Shown here: piece after piece, positions 25,350 to 37,213 of the stretch
Numbering within the stretch: the stretch's first letter is position 1
How the letters are laid out: each line of letters starts with the position of its first letter
Notes under the pieces: generated by a model
Seen by the model: only the letters and a program-made list of their open reading frames with translations
What the model was told of the DNA's origin: nothing
The model's database searches: none
Assembly: GCA_038496445.1 (NCBI GenBank)
Contig: JALMLS010000531.1
Coordinates: 124,001 to 188,000 of the forward strand
Length of the DNA: 64,000 nucleotides
Reading direction: 5' to 3'
Source: Trichosphaerium sp. ATCC 40318
Lineage: Eukaryota; Protista; Tubulinea
Made by a program: the position numbers and the translations under genes

Positions 25350-27293
25350 ATGGAGCTAGTTCCTGACGCGTGGAATACGATATGCTCGTATCTACCGCTG
25401 AGTCAAGCACGTTTTAACGATATTAGTAACAAAAAGTGGATAACGACCTTTTAGAGGTTGAGATTAACGCTTGTTAACAAATACCTATGTGTTACATTGC
25501 AGAACAAACGCCTTTGGCAATCTATAATAATCGAGAGGCGTACTGTAAGCGTACCAAGCGTATCTTGGTTTAATAATGCCATATCAGTGCGTTTGAAGCA
25601 TTTTCCGATTCTAATATTAATATTAACGCTAGAATACGCTTTTTCTAACTCTGCGCAACGCAGCGTCACGTAAATGGCTTGAATATATTTTAAACAACTG
25701 TAAATCGCTTCAAACGCTCTCTTGGGGCTGGGGAGTAGAGACAGCGCGAGCTTCGGACGTTATTTGTCAAGTGCTTGATACCAATCCCAATATACGCAGT
25801 ATACGCATGACAAACCACCCTAGTGCGTACGTGTCACTCTATTTTATCTGAATATTAGTTGAATGATATCCTAGGAGAGGTACAGAGAGTGGTATTATAG
25901 CAATAAGTCCAAAACTAAAAAACATATCTTCTTTGTCTTTGCGTGGGATTAAATTACGTAGTAACGCGTTGAATGCACTTGTAACACATTGTACAAACTT
26001 GGAAGTGTTGAATCTACAAGGTGTATACTCTATACAAGAAACACAAACAGAAGTACGCAGTCATAAATCTAACAATAAAAAAGTCAAAAAAGTCATTGGA
26101 AAAACAATTGTTTAACTCCTTTTTTTAGTTTGATACGTTAAACGTGGATAATCTAAGAACCCTCAATTTACGACATTGTATGCTTAGTCCACGTGCTACT
26201 CAGTTTTTAAGTCGCTGTGTGAACTTGACAGGTAAAATTCATTGAATTTGTGAAACGTTTCTTTAATGATTTTTCTTTCGCCTGTAGACCTTGACCTGGA
26301 GAGGAATATAGTCTCCAATGGTATTCTTCAATGCAAAAAGTTGAAGAGATTGCGTGTGACAGTAACCGAAAGACCAGATTTTCCAACAGAGTCATGGATT
26401 GAGTTTTTTTCAAATCTACCTGACTTGGAAAGCATCTTGTAAGTACCGTTTTATTATCGCTTGGTTAACTCTGTCTCAGATTGATTTCCACAAAAGCTGA
26501 GTTGTACATACCGTGCATAGCTTCCAACTGTAAAAAATTAACTGAGGTGATGCTATCAAAGTGCACGTGAGTAATTTTTCAAGCAACATATTGTTTGTCT
26601 AACGTATTTTGTCTCTAGAGTAACAGATGAAGCACTGGTTGATCTAGCCAATTCGTGTCATAATCTCGAGTTTTTAGATATGACAAAAACTACGGGTTAC
26701 ACTGATATTGCTATTGAAGCTATAGCAGATGGATTGAGAACACTAAAACGCTTAAATATTCATGTAAGCAATTCGCTTTTTTTTTCTTCTTTTTTTCTAA
26801 TTTTTGCTCAGCAACCTGGAATTTCTTACACTGCTATTGAGAAAGTGGCAAATCATTGTAAAGAATTATACAAGGTAAATTAAAAGCTGTGGTTTAAGAA
26901 TTAAATAACGCTTAATGCTGTTTTTAGGTCGAGTTATATGCATCAAGTATACGAGATGAAACAATTCGATTGTTTTGTAAAAATTGCATCAACCTGATTC
27001 AGTTATATTGTGTCAAGTGTTTTAACTTAACTGATAAGGTGTTTGAATATTTACCATTTGCTATAAAGCCATGGAAACTAACATTCAAAGCAAAGGTAAG
27101 TTGGTTTTTTAATGAAAAAAAAAATTTCCCATAATCGTATCAGAAAAACCTGCTAAAACTACCTACTCAGATACTTCCAATAAGTCAGTTTTCAGAGGAT
27201 GTTGTTGAAGAGTTTAAACAAAAATATGGTGGATGCACAAACCAAGTGAGGTTGGTAATTCCAATGACTAAAAAGATAACACCGGAACAATAA
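25350..27293 (+). CDS. F-box/LRR (FBXL-type) protein, multi-exon
   Basis: MELVPDAWNTICSYLPLSQ-RLRLTLVNK...LWQSI (F-box); cysteine-containing LRRs (HCTNLEVLNL, SNCKKLTEV, VTDEALVDLANSCHNLEFLDM). Confidence 0.8.
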
Positions 27294-27327
27294 AAAAAAC
27301 AATTCAACACTTTTATTTTTTTAACTA

Positions 27328-29309
27328 TTATATTTCCAAAAGACCAGATTCAAGCCAATCTTTCAAGTATACGCATTTATAAGGTGTAATATTTCCATTT
27401 GGATCATCAGTACATTTATCAGCAACCTTGATAGAAATACATAAGAACTCATGAGCTAACGAGTGAGGCAAAAAAAATCAAAACAAAACCAAAGAAAAAA
27501 GAAAACAAATTTTTTTTACAAAAGACCTTGTTTGCTTTGGTTCTCTTTTATGGTTTGGATAGTTTTTTGTTGTGAAAAAGAACCCTCAAAAATGCGTACA
27601 GGACATGCTCCGCAAGGTGACGAAGTTAAACCATTTTCTTTAGGACTACCTCTAGAAACTTTATAGAGTATCAAATCTGGGTTTTGAGGAGAAGGAAACA
27701 TTTCAATACGACCATCATAAACAAGTGTATGAAGTAAAGTAACAACATCTGCTTCTTGTAATTCTGAAGGAGATTTTGTGTTTAAGTTGTTTCTAACATC
27801 CTTTGCAGACACAAAACCCTAGAAAGAAAAACGTCAAAAAAAATCTTTCAAAAAACAAATTAAAAAAAAAGTCGCATTTGAAGATCGCCATATAAATGCG
27901 ATTGCTGGCATCCTCTCTGGGGAAGGTTTAAACCAACGAAAAGTTTTGTATTGTTTGAGGCGGTGAAAAAAGTGAGAAAATAATCAAACCTCTTTTCAGT
28001 GTTCCAGTGGATTAATTCTAAGTGGGATGTACCTTTAACTTTATCAATTCATAAGTTTCATGACTCAAATGGTCAACAAATTCGTGATCAAATTCAAGCT
28101 CTGCATTATACCAAACACCACCTCTATGATCAGGATGTGGAGTGAGTCTATCTAGAATATATCGCCGCTTTATTTTTGACTAAATAAGACATGAATTAGT
28201 GGGTAAAAAAAAGAAGACAAGTTCATCCAACACTACTGTGGTCGAAAGCAATGGGAAATTTATCGATTTGCTTTGGTCTTGGCCGTTTAATTGTAATTAA
28301 CAAACAAAACGGACTCAAATTATTTTGTAAGAGCAGAAAGAGAAATACACGTGCCTGAATAGATCTGAACGGTTTAATGATTTTATCTTTTGTAAGTTGT
28401 TCCAAGGCTTTATTCAACAAATTACTTCTCATACCAACCTTACGTGTCAATGATCTTTTTAGAATGCCTATAATCGATAGCAAATGTCAGTTGTAAATTA
28501 TATAAATGAGATAACTCTTGACGGCCATAACCAATTCAACTTGTTTTCGTTGGTTTTTTTTTTGGTGGCTTGAAAGAAAACATAGTGTATTTATTGAAGC
28601 TGACCTTGTGTGCCAGTCTCTTCTATATATCTAGATATTAAGGTTAATGTACATACAATACACGGTCATAATTGAAAAAGTAAGAGTAGGTGTTTACCTG
28701 TAGATTGAAAACTTCTCATCTGATAGCTCTCGAATTCTTGTAAAAAAACCCGTTAGAATCAGTTATGAACGTTTTACAGTAGTACTTGTCCCAGTCCGCG
28801 TAAGGGACTAATTTAAATACATTCGCTCCACTCATTGCATCCTAAAATCATCAACTAAAGTTACACAAAAACCACGTGAGAATTGTCTCAACGCTAATTT
28901 TGATTTCTGGAAATTTCGCAAAATCTATGTTTGTTCGCGTATTTTGGTCTGTTTGCTTACTACTAGCATTGTTATACGTCTTTCTTTTAGCAACTAAAGC
29001 CAAACGACGTTAATATTAGTTGAAACAGCGTGCTTTCGTTTACCTGATTGATAGCGTCTCCTCTTGCTTCCATAGAGATGTCTGAAGACATAGAAGCGTT
29101 AAGAACATCCCATAGAGCCCCCTTTTCATCGTTAACAATTAAAAACGTTTATAATGCGCATTAACGAACATTGGGATAGTTGCCGAGCTGGCTCATCTAT
29201 TATTTGTTAGAACAGGCTTATACGGTTGCTCAGTTTATAAAAACCGCGATTTAATACGCACAATTTGTTTTTTGGCAGTTGTAATGGCGTTGCTGACCTC
29301 GTCCGTCAT
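27328..29309 (-). CDS. POLR3F: RNA polymerase III subunit RPC6 (RPC34)
   Basis: GILKRSLTRKVGMRSNLLNKALEQL...IIKPFRSIQ; HPDHRGGVWYNAELEFDHEFV; LLHTLVYDGRIE; C-terminal Fe-S motif SPCGACPVADKC...ITPYKCVYLKDW. Confidence 0.92.
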
Positions 29310-29372
29310 GTTGTTAATAAGACTTAACCAACTGCTAATTAGTTGCGTGTAGATATTTGGCGGGCTCTACAA

Positions 29373-29749
29373 ATGAGCCGAGCACCGCCTACAGCGCCTA
29401 GAAAAGCTAAAAAAAGACGTCGGAAGGTTTATTCAGAAGCGTCATTGAAACGAACGCCACAACCTGTAATTGGTACGTAGCGTAAACTAATGCATGCCCT
29501 TACAAGCGTTTAGACGTTGATTCGTTAATTTCTTCTTCTGTTGCTACACTTATTGAGGATAACACAGCAGAAGCCGTTCAAGAGAGTATGTTCACTTACC
29601 TAGATGCAAAATATCGTAACTGACGATTCTACATAGCTCTGGCACAAGATATGCTTGAAATGTTAAGAGATAACCAGCATTTGATTGCAGTTGACGCTTG
29701 GATGTATGAACACGAGGATACAACCCCTCTACACTATGTAAATTACTAA
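29373..29749 (+). CDS. Small 3-exon protein, possibly APC16-like (APC/C small subunit)
   Basis: MSRAPPTAPRKAKKRR...LAQDMLEMLRDNQHLIAVDAWMYE; clean GT-AG introns; the C-terminal D-x-W-x-Y/F motif recalls APC16. Confidence 0.4.
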
Positions 29750-30053
29750 ATGACACTTCAAAAAAATCAACAGTAAAAGATTGCTTTGTTTTAGCCAGTT
29801 TTAAACGGTTTTCTGTAGTAAGTTTACCCTTGTGTTCAAAAACGAAAGCAATAGCCAACTGACATGCACAGCATCTTTATACACACGTGTGGGTTATGTT
29901 AGGACCTTAATTAGATTGACGACCTAAGTTCGCGTTTTCGTTCTTCCCGAAGTCATTTATTCAAAAAAGGCCTCAGAAGCGAAATACAGTAGTACCTTCA
30001 ATAAACTAAGGCTCCACTGTCGTTCGAGCACTGATAAAAGAGCACTACAAAAA

Positions 30054-32781
30054 ATGTGGAGCGAAACTCTCAAGTGGTACATGCTTTATACGCTATGCAT
30101 ATGTTCAACTGTCCTGGGAGGTACGTTAGCGTATCAATTGTGTCTATATATTTTTTGTAGCTGAAATTGAATTGATGTACAAACTGTTCTTCGTTATCGC
30201 CATTACGCTCTGATTGGAGGGTAATTGAGCGTTTTCAATTTGTCGAAAAAGAAATCAGCAACGCAACTTTGAAACACTCCATCAAAGGCTTTCAAGCGAT
30301 TTTTAATATGTAACTATTGCAATCTAACTCTTTTCAGCAACTCCGATTGGTAATGGAGTACATTTCACAAACAATAACCAAATACTCAAAATAGCACTTC
30401 CAACTCCTGTGACAGAGTATACAGTCACAGCGTGGGTTAACGTTTTGTACGCTACAATCGTCACACAAAAAGTTTTGCTTTTTCAGTAATTCAAAAAAAA
30501 GCAAAAAAACACTTACAAGCCTGCTTCTTGCTTATTTTGGCTAGTGCTGATATTGGAACCAATACCCTTATATCTTCTGCGCCACCAGGAGAGTGCGATG
30601 GTGGATTCCGATCTTCGTTAGAGCAAAACTTCAATGGGCTTGATTCGGAAGGTGATTTTGAACTAAGAAATAATAACGGTCTTGGTAGTTGTGGTCCTCC
30701 ACAAACTATGTATGACGCTGAACTCCTTGGTGGTTATTGGGTACACAATTATTTACCATTCCTTTTGGGAGGGTTTTTTTGAAAAGAAAATGTAGTATGA
30801 GTTATTCTTGCTAACACAGTTTTTTGTTTCGGTTAGAACTTTGTTGCCATATCATACAAGCTATCAAAAATATCTCATTACTTTAAAGGATTTTCAAATA
30901 GTAGTGCTGGTGTTCAAAACGGCGTATTTGCTCCTAATCTCACTACAGTAATTCAATTTGGACCTGGTTTAACGGTATGAGGCTTTCTTTCTTTTTTCTT
31001 AAAGAACCAAATAATAGACAACACAACAAACTCCTTATCCTAGTGTTGGCTTGAGTTTATTTTATTAATGTCTTTGGTGTAGGGTTATATTGATGAGATA
31101 GTTATCTGGGACTCTGCATTAACTGTAAACGAACTTGTTGGTTTAGAGGATTTGTCATTTTATGGCAGTCATCCAGGCGTGAACTCGCACTTCACATTTG
31201 ATGGAGCTAATTATATTCATCGAACAGTATGTCGAGCGAATTACAGCGCTTTAGAGGGAGACCTTGTTGCAACAGCAGAAAGTATCAATGGCGCTGCTCT
31301 ACCATGTGGTACATAACTTGCTTACTTTCAGCGTTTCAAAAAGAAGCTGTAATACAATTTACTAAAACAGTCTAGTTGATGATTCGGCGTTCCCTTTTAG
31401 TCCTACTGCGCCTGCAAATGATCCACCGCTACCTCCTGTATCACCAACAACCGTAGTTCCTACAACTACAGCTCCTACATTCATACCAACAACAATAGCG
31501 CCGCCAATGATATTACCAACAACATTATTGCCAACAACGCTGTCTCCGACAACAACACTGGCGCCAACAACATTATCTCCAACGACGATACCTCCAACAA
31601 CTATGTCTCCAACAACACTAGTGCCAACATTATCTCCAACGACAATACCTCCCACTACATTGCCACCAACAACTTCTTCGCCATCACTCGCCCCAGCAAT
31701 GCCTCCTATGTCCACAACTCCACCAACTACGCTAGTACCTACAGTAGCAGCAACCGCACCAACAGTGGTCCCTTCAATAGTGTCAGCAACTACTTTACCT
31801 CCTACAGAGAACATTGCGGGCGGAGCATCACAACCAACTTCTCCTGATACTCTAGCACCTTTTTCTCTAGATTTTCCAGATGTTCCTACTGGAGAACCTT
31901 TTAATCGAGGTTCTCAGACTACAATAATTCCAGGAGGCTCTCCTCGTCCTCAATCTGAGAGTGTTGAATGTGAAGATGGTACCTCTCAGATACAAGGAGT
32001 GTGTAACATCTCACGTAGCTACCCTATATTCTCAGGTATGTTTGTACCAAACTTAAGGGTTTTTGCACGATGTATTGACTGACTCTCTTAGGAACCGTTA
32101 TCATTGATAAGAACTATACTATTGAATATGGTACTACCAAATATTGCTGTGTTGTAAAATTAACACGTGATTTTGTTTAGATAGAGTAGTGTTTAGTAAT
32201 CTTACTATGAACTTTGCTGATGGTATTGTTCTTGAGGTTACAGAGTGTCCTGAGCTTCTAGGAACGACTACCTTCAATCTTAATGCTACAGAGCTTAAAG
32301 TGTTGCTATTAACAGTACCACCTACATGTATTATAAATCTAGAAAATGTGGAAGTACTAAACAACACAAACAAGGGATGCGCAGTGCAAGGTAAATAATC
32401 GAAATATTTTTATTGAGAACTCACGTAACAGTCTATCAAAAAACAATATTACTACTTCCTTTAAACCTGGCTATGAGTGCCACTGGTTAAAATGCACTAA
32501 ATTTTTTCACAATTTGAAGTTTGTTCTGTTGCTAACTTTTTTCAGAAAATACTGCGCTCTTTGCTGTTTTCTCAAAATGTCCTACTGAAGAAGACGAAAA
32601 CAATGGCACCATGACTATAATTCTTATTGCTGTTGCATGTGTAGTAGCTGCATTAGCTGCAGCTACAGTAGTGGTAGTATTATTAGTACCAAGCATCCAG
32701 AATGCTGTGTTGCCGTTTAGATCTATGCCACCAGAAAGGAGTAATATCATTGGTAGGATTGTAACTGCAGAAGACGCTTAA
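30054..32781 (+). CDS. Type I membrane protein: signal peptide, LamG/ConA-like domain, Pro/Thr-rich stalk, transmembrane helix
   Basis: MWSETLKWYMLYTLCICSTVLG; EYTVTAWV...W.FVAISY...GYIDEIVIWDSALT (LamG-like); PTT repeats in ORF 31507-32082; TM segment IILIAVACVVAALAAATVVVVLLV. Confidence 0.75.
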
Positions 32782-32982
32782 AGATCTTAGCAAGACTCCA
32801 TTTTTTAATCCTATCATGTGACCATAACGAGGTCATATTATTAGGTATAGGATCACATTAAATTGGTCGGAGCAATAAAGAGCTGTACAATTAAAAAAAA
32901 ATGATATAGAAAACCTGTTTTGTTTTATTCAAACGATGGTGAATGTACAAAGTTGTTTGAATTTCAATTGTAATTTTGTGGT

Positions 32983-33971
32983 TTATACTTTTGCCAATAC
33001 AGCCCTGAATTTCTTGAGTGCTGGATCATCTTTGCTGACCAAACCCTGCTTTGCTTTACGAACTTGTGACACGACTTTATCAAACTTTTTCATATCAGGT
33101 ACTTCAAATACGCCATCTCCATTGATCTTGTTATTTGGCATCTTCTTGTATCGTTGTGCTTGTTTTGTGTCTTTACCCCAACCACATGCCCAAAGTGCAT
33201 CAGGCTCAACAAGAGGATGAATAGAACCTTTGGAATCCAAATAGAATCCACTTTTAAACCCTTGACATCCTGTTTTGTTGATCACTTTACAAGCACCCTT
33301 CAATACCTCAAGTACAGCCGCAAGTGTTGCATTGGCTTTTGGCATTCCTGTCATGACATAAAAGGTTCTTTTGCTGATCGGTTGGTTTCCTAGATCGATG
33401 GATGAGTCATAAATCATAACCAAAGAGAATCAAACAAGTAACATACCTAAACCAGATTTGATTTTTTCTTCAATCCATGCTGTGCGAACTGCTTTTTGAA
33501 TCTTGTCGTATGGTGTCCACCATGTCTTCATTGAGCAAGAATCGCTGATATGAGCACAATAATTTGTACCATTTGGATTTGGGCTGATGATTCCAACACA
33601 TGGTCCCAAACCAGCAACACCACAAGGTTTTGCTATCATAAACTATTAGACTCTATTCCATAAGAATGAAAACTTACGCAATGATTTCATGAATGTGCCT
33701 CCGACACCTCCTCCAACAGTTGCAGGTTTAACTGAAGGCTTCTTTGTACTATCACAAAGAGTGTTAATAATTGGATTTCGCATGATGAGCAATCTACGTA
33801 CACTTTCTCTCCATGAGCTTTCTTTTGAAGCATTTGTTGTTTTCGTTGTTTGGCTTCTTCTCTCATTCGAAGTTGTTTCTCTGTTGGTGGTGCCTTTGTT
33901 GGTTTCTTCTTTTGAGTAACACGTTTCGTTGTCTTGTTTTTGTTTCCAGTCGTTGATCTTTGTTTTGACAT
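32983..33971 (-). CDS. Putative CheD/CNF1-like Cys-His deamidase with a basic N-terminus, copy A
   Basis: 4 exons; spliced core PKPCGVAGLGPCVGIISPNPNGTNYCAHIS; near-identical to copies B and C. Confidence 0.65.
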
Positions 33972-34521
33972 TGTGTTGGTTTTTTTTGAAGCTTGTTGTT
34001 GTGTTGTGTGTTGGTTGTTGTTGATTTTGATTGTTTTACAAGTCAGTGAAAACAAATGATGCGACAACAAATTTTTGTTTTTTTGTTTACTCGATACACA
34101 CTTTGTTACACGTGCATTAATCTCGCGATTTTTAGTGCTACCAACTGGCACTGCCTACATAGAGCGTTATCAACCTATTCAATGGTATATTTGTAGTCAT
34201 ACTAAAACTTTGGTGGGTTAACCACGCTCGCGCTTAACACAAGAACGTGACTAGAAGCCCACTACTATCAATAGGTTGTTAATATTAACTTCTTTATGTA
34301 AAATCTCATCGGGAAACATCGTGAACAACACGAATCTTTACATGAGAAAGTACGATCCCACAAACCGATTTTGTACAATCTAAATAAGGGAAATATCACG
34401 TGTCACTGCGTAATCAACACTTTTGGGATGAAAAATAATACAAAGTTATTTTAGGATTATAGACACCAGTAGCGTTTGATGAATTGCTCGTTTTAAACTC
34501 GAGTCCAGAATCAGAATTAAA

Positions 34522-35293
34522 CTATACAAGTTTGTTAAGGTTTGAGCTTGTACTCATGTCACATACTTGGATAGAAGCACTATACTCCTCGTTGGCACGT
34601 TTAATGCCATTGATTAAATTAGAAAATACTACTGAATACACCTTACTAACGCCCTTCCGTTATGAATACAAGCAATATTCATATTCATTAGCCCGTAAGC
34701 CATATTCATTATTATTCATTCATGAATATTCATGCGCGTTTGGTGAGTCAGGATGTTGAGGAGCTTTTGGTTTGTAGCACCTAGCGATGTTTCAAATGGA
34801 TAGATTCAACAAGTATGTTCTTTGAAAACCGAATAGGAATAGTCAACAGAACACCAAAACCCACAAATCCAGTCAATCAGCCATCAAATTGTACAATTTT
34901 CAACCGTTTACTGTGTGCATGAATAACGAATGAAGTTTTTTAGTCGTGAATGTAGGCTGTATTTGAATATTCAAATTATTCAATCATAACGGAAGGGCGT
35001 TACACCTTACTTGTTTCAGAAAGGTTATATCCATACTGTTCATAGAAACCCTGTATCAGTGATATGCTATTACCATAATCTGTTATTGGAGGCAATACAT
35101 GAGAACTGGAAGCTGTATTAAGCGTTGGTACATTGCAAGAATGACAAAGAATAAACAGTTGAGCATACATCAATCGGGTCATGTAAACTACCAACACCAC
35201 AAAGCTGTTAAAATAAAGCTTGTCTTGCTGTGCTTGAATGTCGGTCAGAGAATCAGTTGTATGTTTTGGCTGCCACACGCTGGCGAGATCCAT
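34522..35293 (-). pseudogene. ORF interrupted by the MITE insertion
   Basis: ORF 35000-35293 stops at a TAA supplied by the MITE end. Removing the MITE and one TSD copy restores the frame for about 39 more codons (SKV|YSVVFSNLINGIKRANEEY...NKLV*). Confidence 0.45.
34647..35002. mobile_element. Non-autonomous hAT-type DNA transposon (MITE), 356 bp
   Basis: Perfect 19-bp TIR TAACGCCCTTCCGTTATGA (34647-34665) and TCATAACGGAAGGGCGTTA (34984-35002); 8-bp TSD CACCTTAC at 34639-34646 and 35003-35010; repeated subterminal ATTCA/TGAAT motifs. Confidence 0.9.
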
Positions 35294-35524
35294 GTTTTCA
35301 GTTGTCTACAAACAGTTTAAAGCCAGGTTTTGGTTTAGGCAATTAATAGCAAGATAACGTTTGTTCCATAGTATTTTCAATATCGGCATTGTACTTTCCC
35401 CATGGTACATGAGATCTGTGAGGGCAATGTCATGAGTACTCAGCCTTGTTTACATTGTTCAGTTTGAGTTTACTCTGAAAAATCCTGCTAGTTTAATCAG
35501 CACCCAACAACAAGATAGACAAAA

Positions 35525-36780
35525 CTGATGTTGATTAAAGTTGTGTTTATTAACAGTATTTACATAATGTATAATTTAGTGGTAAAAAATCAGATGTGCG
35601 TTCATACTTTTGCTAGCACTGGTCTGAATTTCTTGAGTGCTGGATCATCTTTACTCGCCAATGTCTTCTTTGCCTTACGTACTTGTTCGACAACCTTGTC
35701 AAACTTTTTCATATCAGGTACTTCGAATACGCCATCTCCATTGATCTTGTTATTTGGCATCTTCTTGTATCGTTGTGCTTGTTTTGTGTCTTTACCCCAA
35801 CCACATGCCCAAAGTGCATCAGGCTCAACAAGAGGATGAATAGAACCTTTGGAATCCAAATAGAATCCACTTTTAAACCCTTGACATCCTGTTTTGTTGA
35901 TCACTTTGTGAGCGCCCTTCAATACCTCAAGTACAGCCGCAAGTGTTGCATTTGCTTTTGGCATTCCTGTCATCACATAAAATGTTCTTTTGCTGATTGG
36001 ATGATTTCCTAGACGAGAGTGAGTCAAACAATAAACATCAAAAGAAACAAAACGAAGTAATGTACCTAAACCAGATTTGATTTTTTCTTCAATCCATGCT
36101 GTGCGAACTGCTTTTTGAACCTTATCGTATGGTGTCCACCATGTCTTCATTGAGCAAGAATCGCTGATATGAGCACAATAATTTGTACCATTTGGATTGG
36201 GACTGATGATTCCGATACAAGGACCCAAGCCAGCAACGCCACAAGGTTTTGCTATCATAAACTGTTAGAATATATTCCACAACACTTTTTATGAGAACAT
36301 ACGCAATGACTTCATGAATGTGCCTCCGACACCTCCTCCAACAGTTGCAGGTTTAACTGAAGGCTTCTTCGTACTGCGATGAAGTTAGAATACAAAAGAG
36401 TGTAATCAAAGGACGTACACTTTCTCTCCATGAGCTTTCTTTTGAAGCATTTGTTGTTTACGTTGTTTGGCTTCTTCTCTCATTCGAAGTTGTTTCTCTG
36501 TTGGTGGTGCCTTTGTTGGTTTCTTCTTTTGAGTAACACGTTTCTTTGTCTTGTTGGCGTTAGTGCTTGTTCTTTGTTTGTTTGACATGTTTGTTTATGA
36601 TTGTTTTAGATGGGTTGTTCGGTTGTTGTTGTTTAGATTTATGTTTTGATTTTATTTTTTCTTGCCTCAGTGAAATAGTTGATGCTACAGAAATTTCAAC
36701 TTTTTTTATCTTCCTCGATGAACACTTTGTTCCACGAGACGAATTATACTACCCACGAGCTGTAACACGCTATTTGAACA
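35525..36780. repeat. Left arm of a ~1.2-kb inverted duplication (partner at about 42300-43535)
   Basis: Copy B, ~190 bp of upstream sequence and the 3' UTR match copy C in reverse complement (e.g. gaggaagataaaaaaagttgaaatttctgt; gtaaatactgttaataaaca). Confidence 0.85.
35602..36588 (-). CDS. Putative CheD/CNF1-like Cys-His deamidase, copy B
   Basis: Same 4-exon structure as copy A; GVAGLGPCIGII...YCAHI motif; ORFs 35602-36258 and 36406-36588. Confidence 0.65.
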
Positions 36781-37213
36781 TAATAAGCCTGTGGTTACAA
36801 TTATCAAACGGTTGGTTCTGGTTGAGCTTTACTACCCTTTCACTGCAATAAAACCTTTAGTGTAGCTAAACTTAAACCCGTAGTGAGTGTTCTTGGCGTC
36901 TATTATTGATTATGTGAAGATAGCCAAGAGAAACAGCGTGAGCAATCAGTATTAGTTTCATTGTATTCTCCTGTTACACTAGTAAACCCACGTGATTTTA
37001 CCATCTAATAAAATATTTTTGTAAGTCCCAACCTTTTGTTTGCTACGCCTCTCCAAATCAATGAAGGACAATTTTGCCTACTATTTGGACTAAAAGGAGC
37101 TCGACAACACTTTGAAATAGGTTGAAATTTCGGGCCTTATTTGTAAAGTACTCTAATGTATTGTACTGCGTGTGTAATTAAGATTGAAGGTTGTCAGGCA
37201 TATAATATTGTAA

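Noticed and set aside
31362-31814. Minus-strand Val/Gly-rich ORF
   Set aside because: Shadow of the Pro/Thr stalk exon on the plus strand.
36567-36851. ORF similar to 42232-42462, suggesting another duplicated gene
   Set aside because: It is the antisense reading of the duplicated promoter/5' region of copies B and C and has no credible start.
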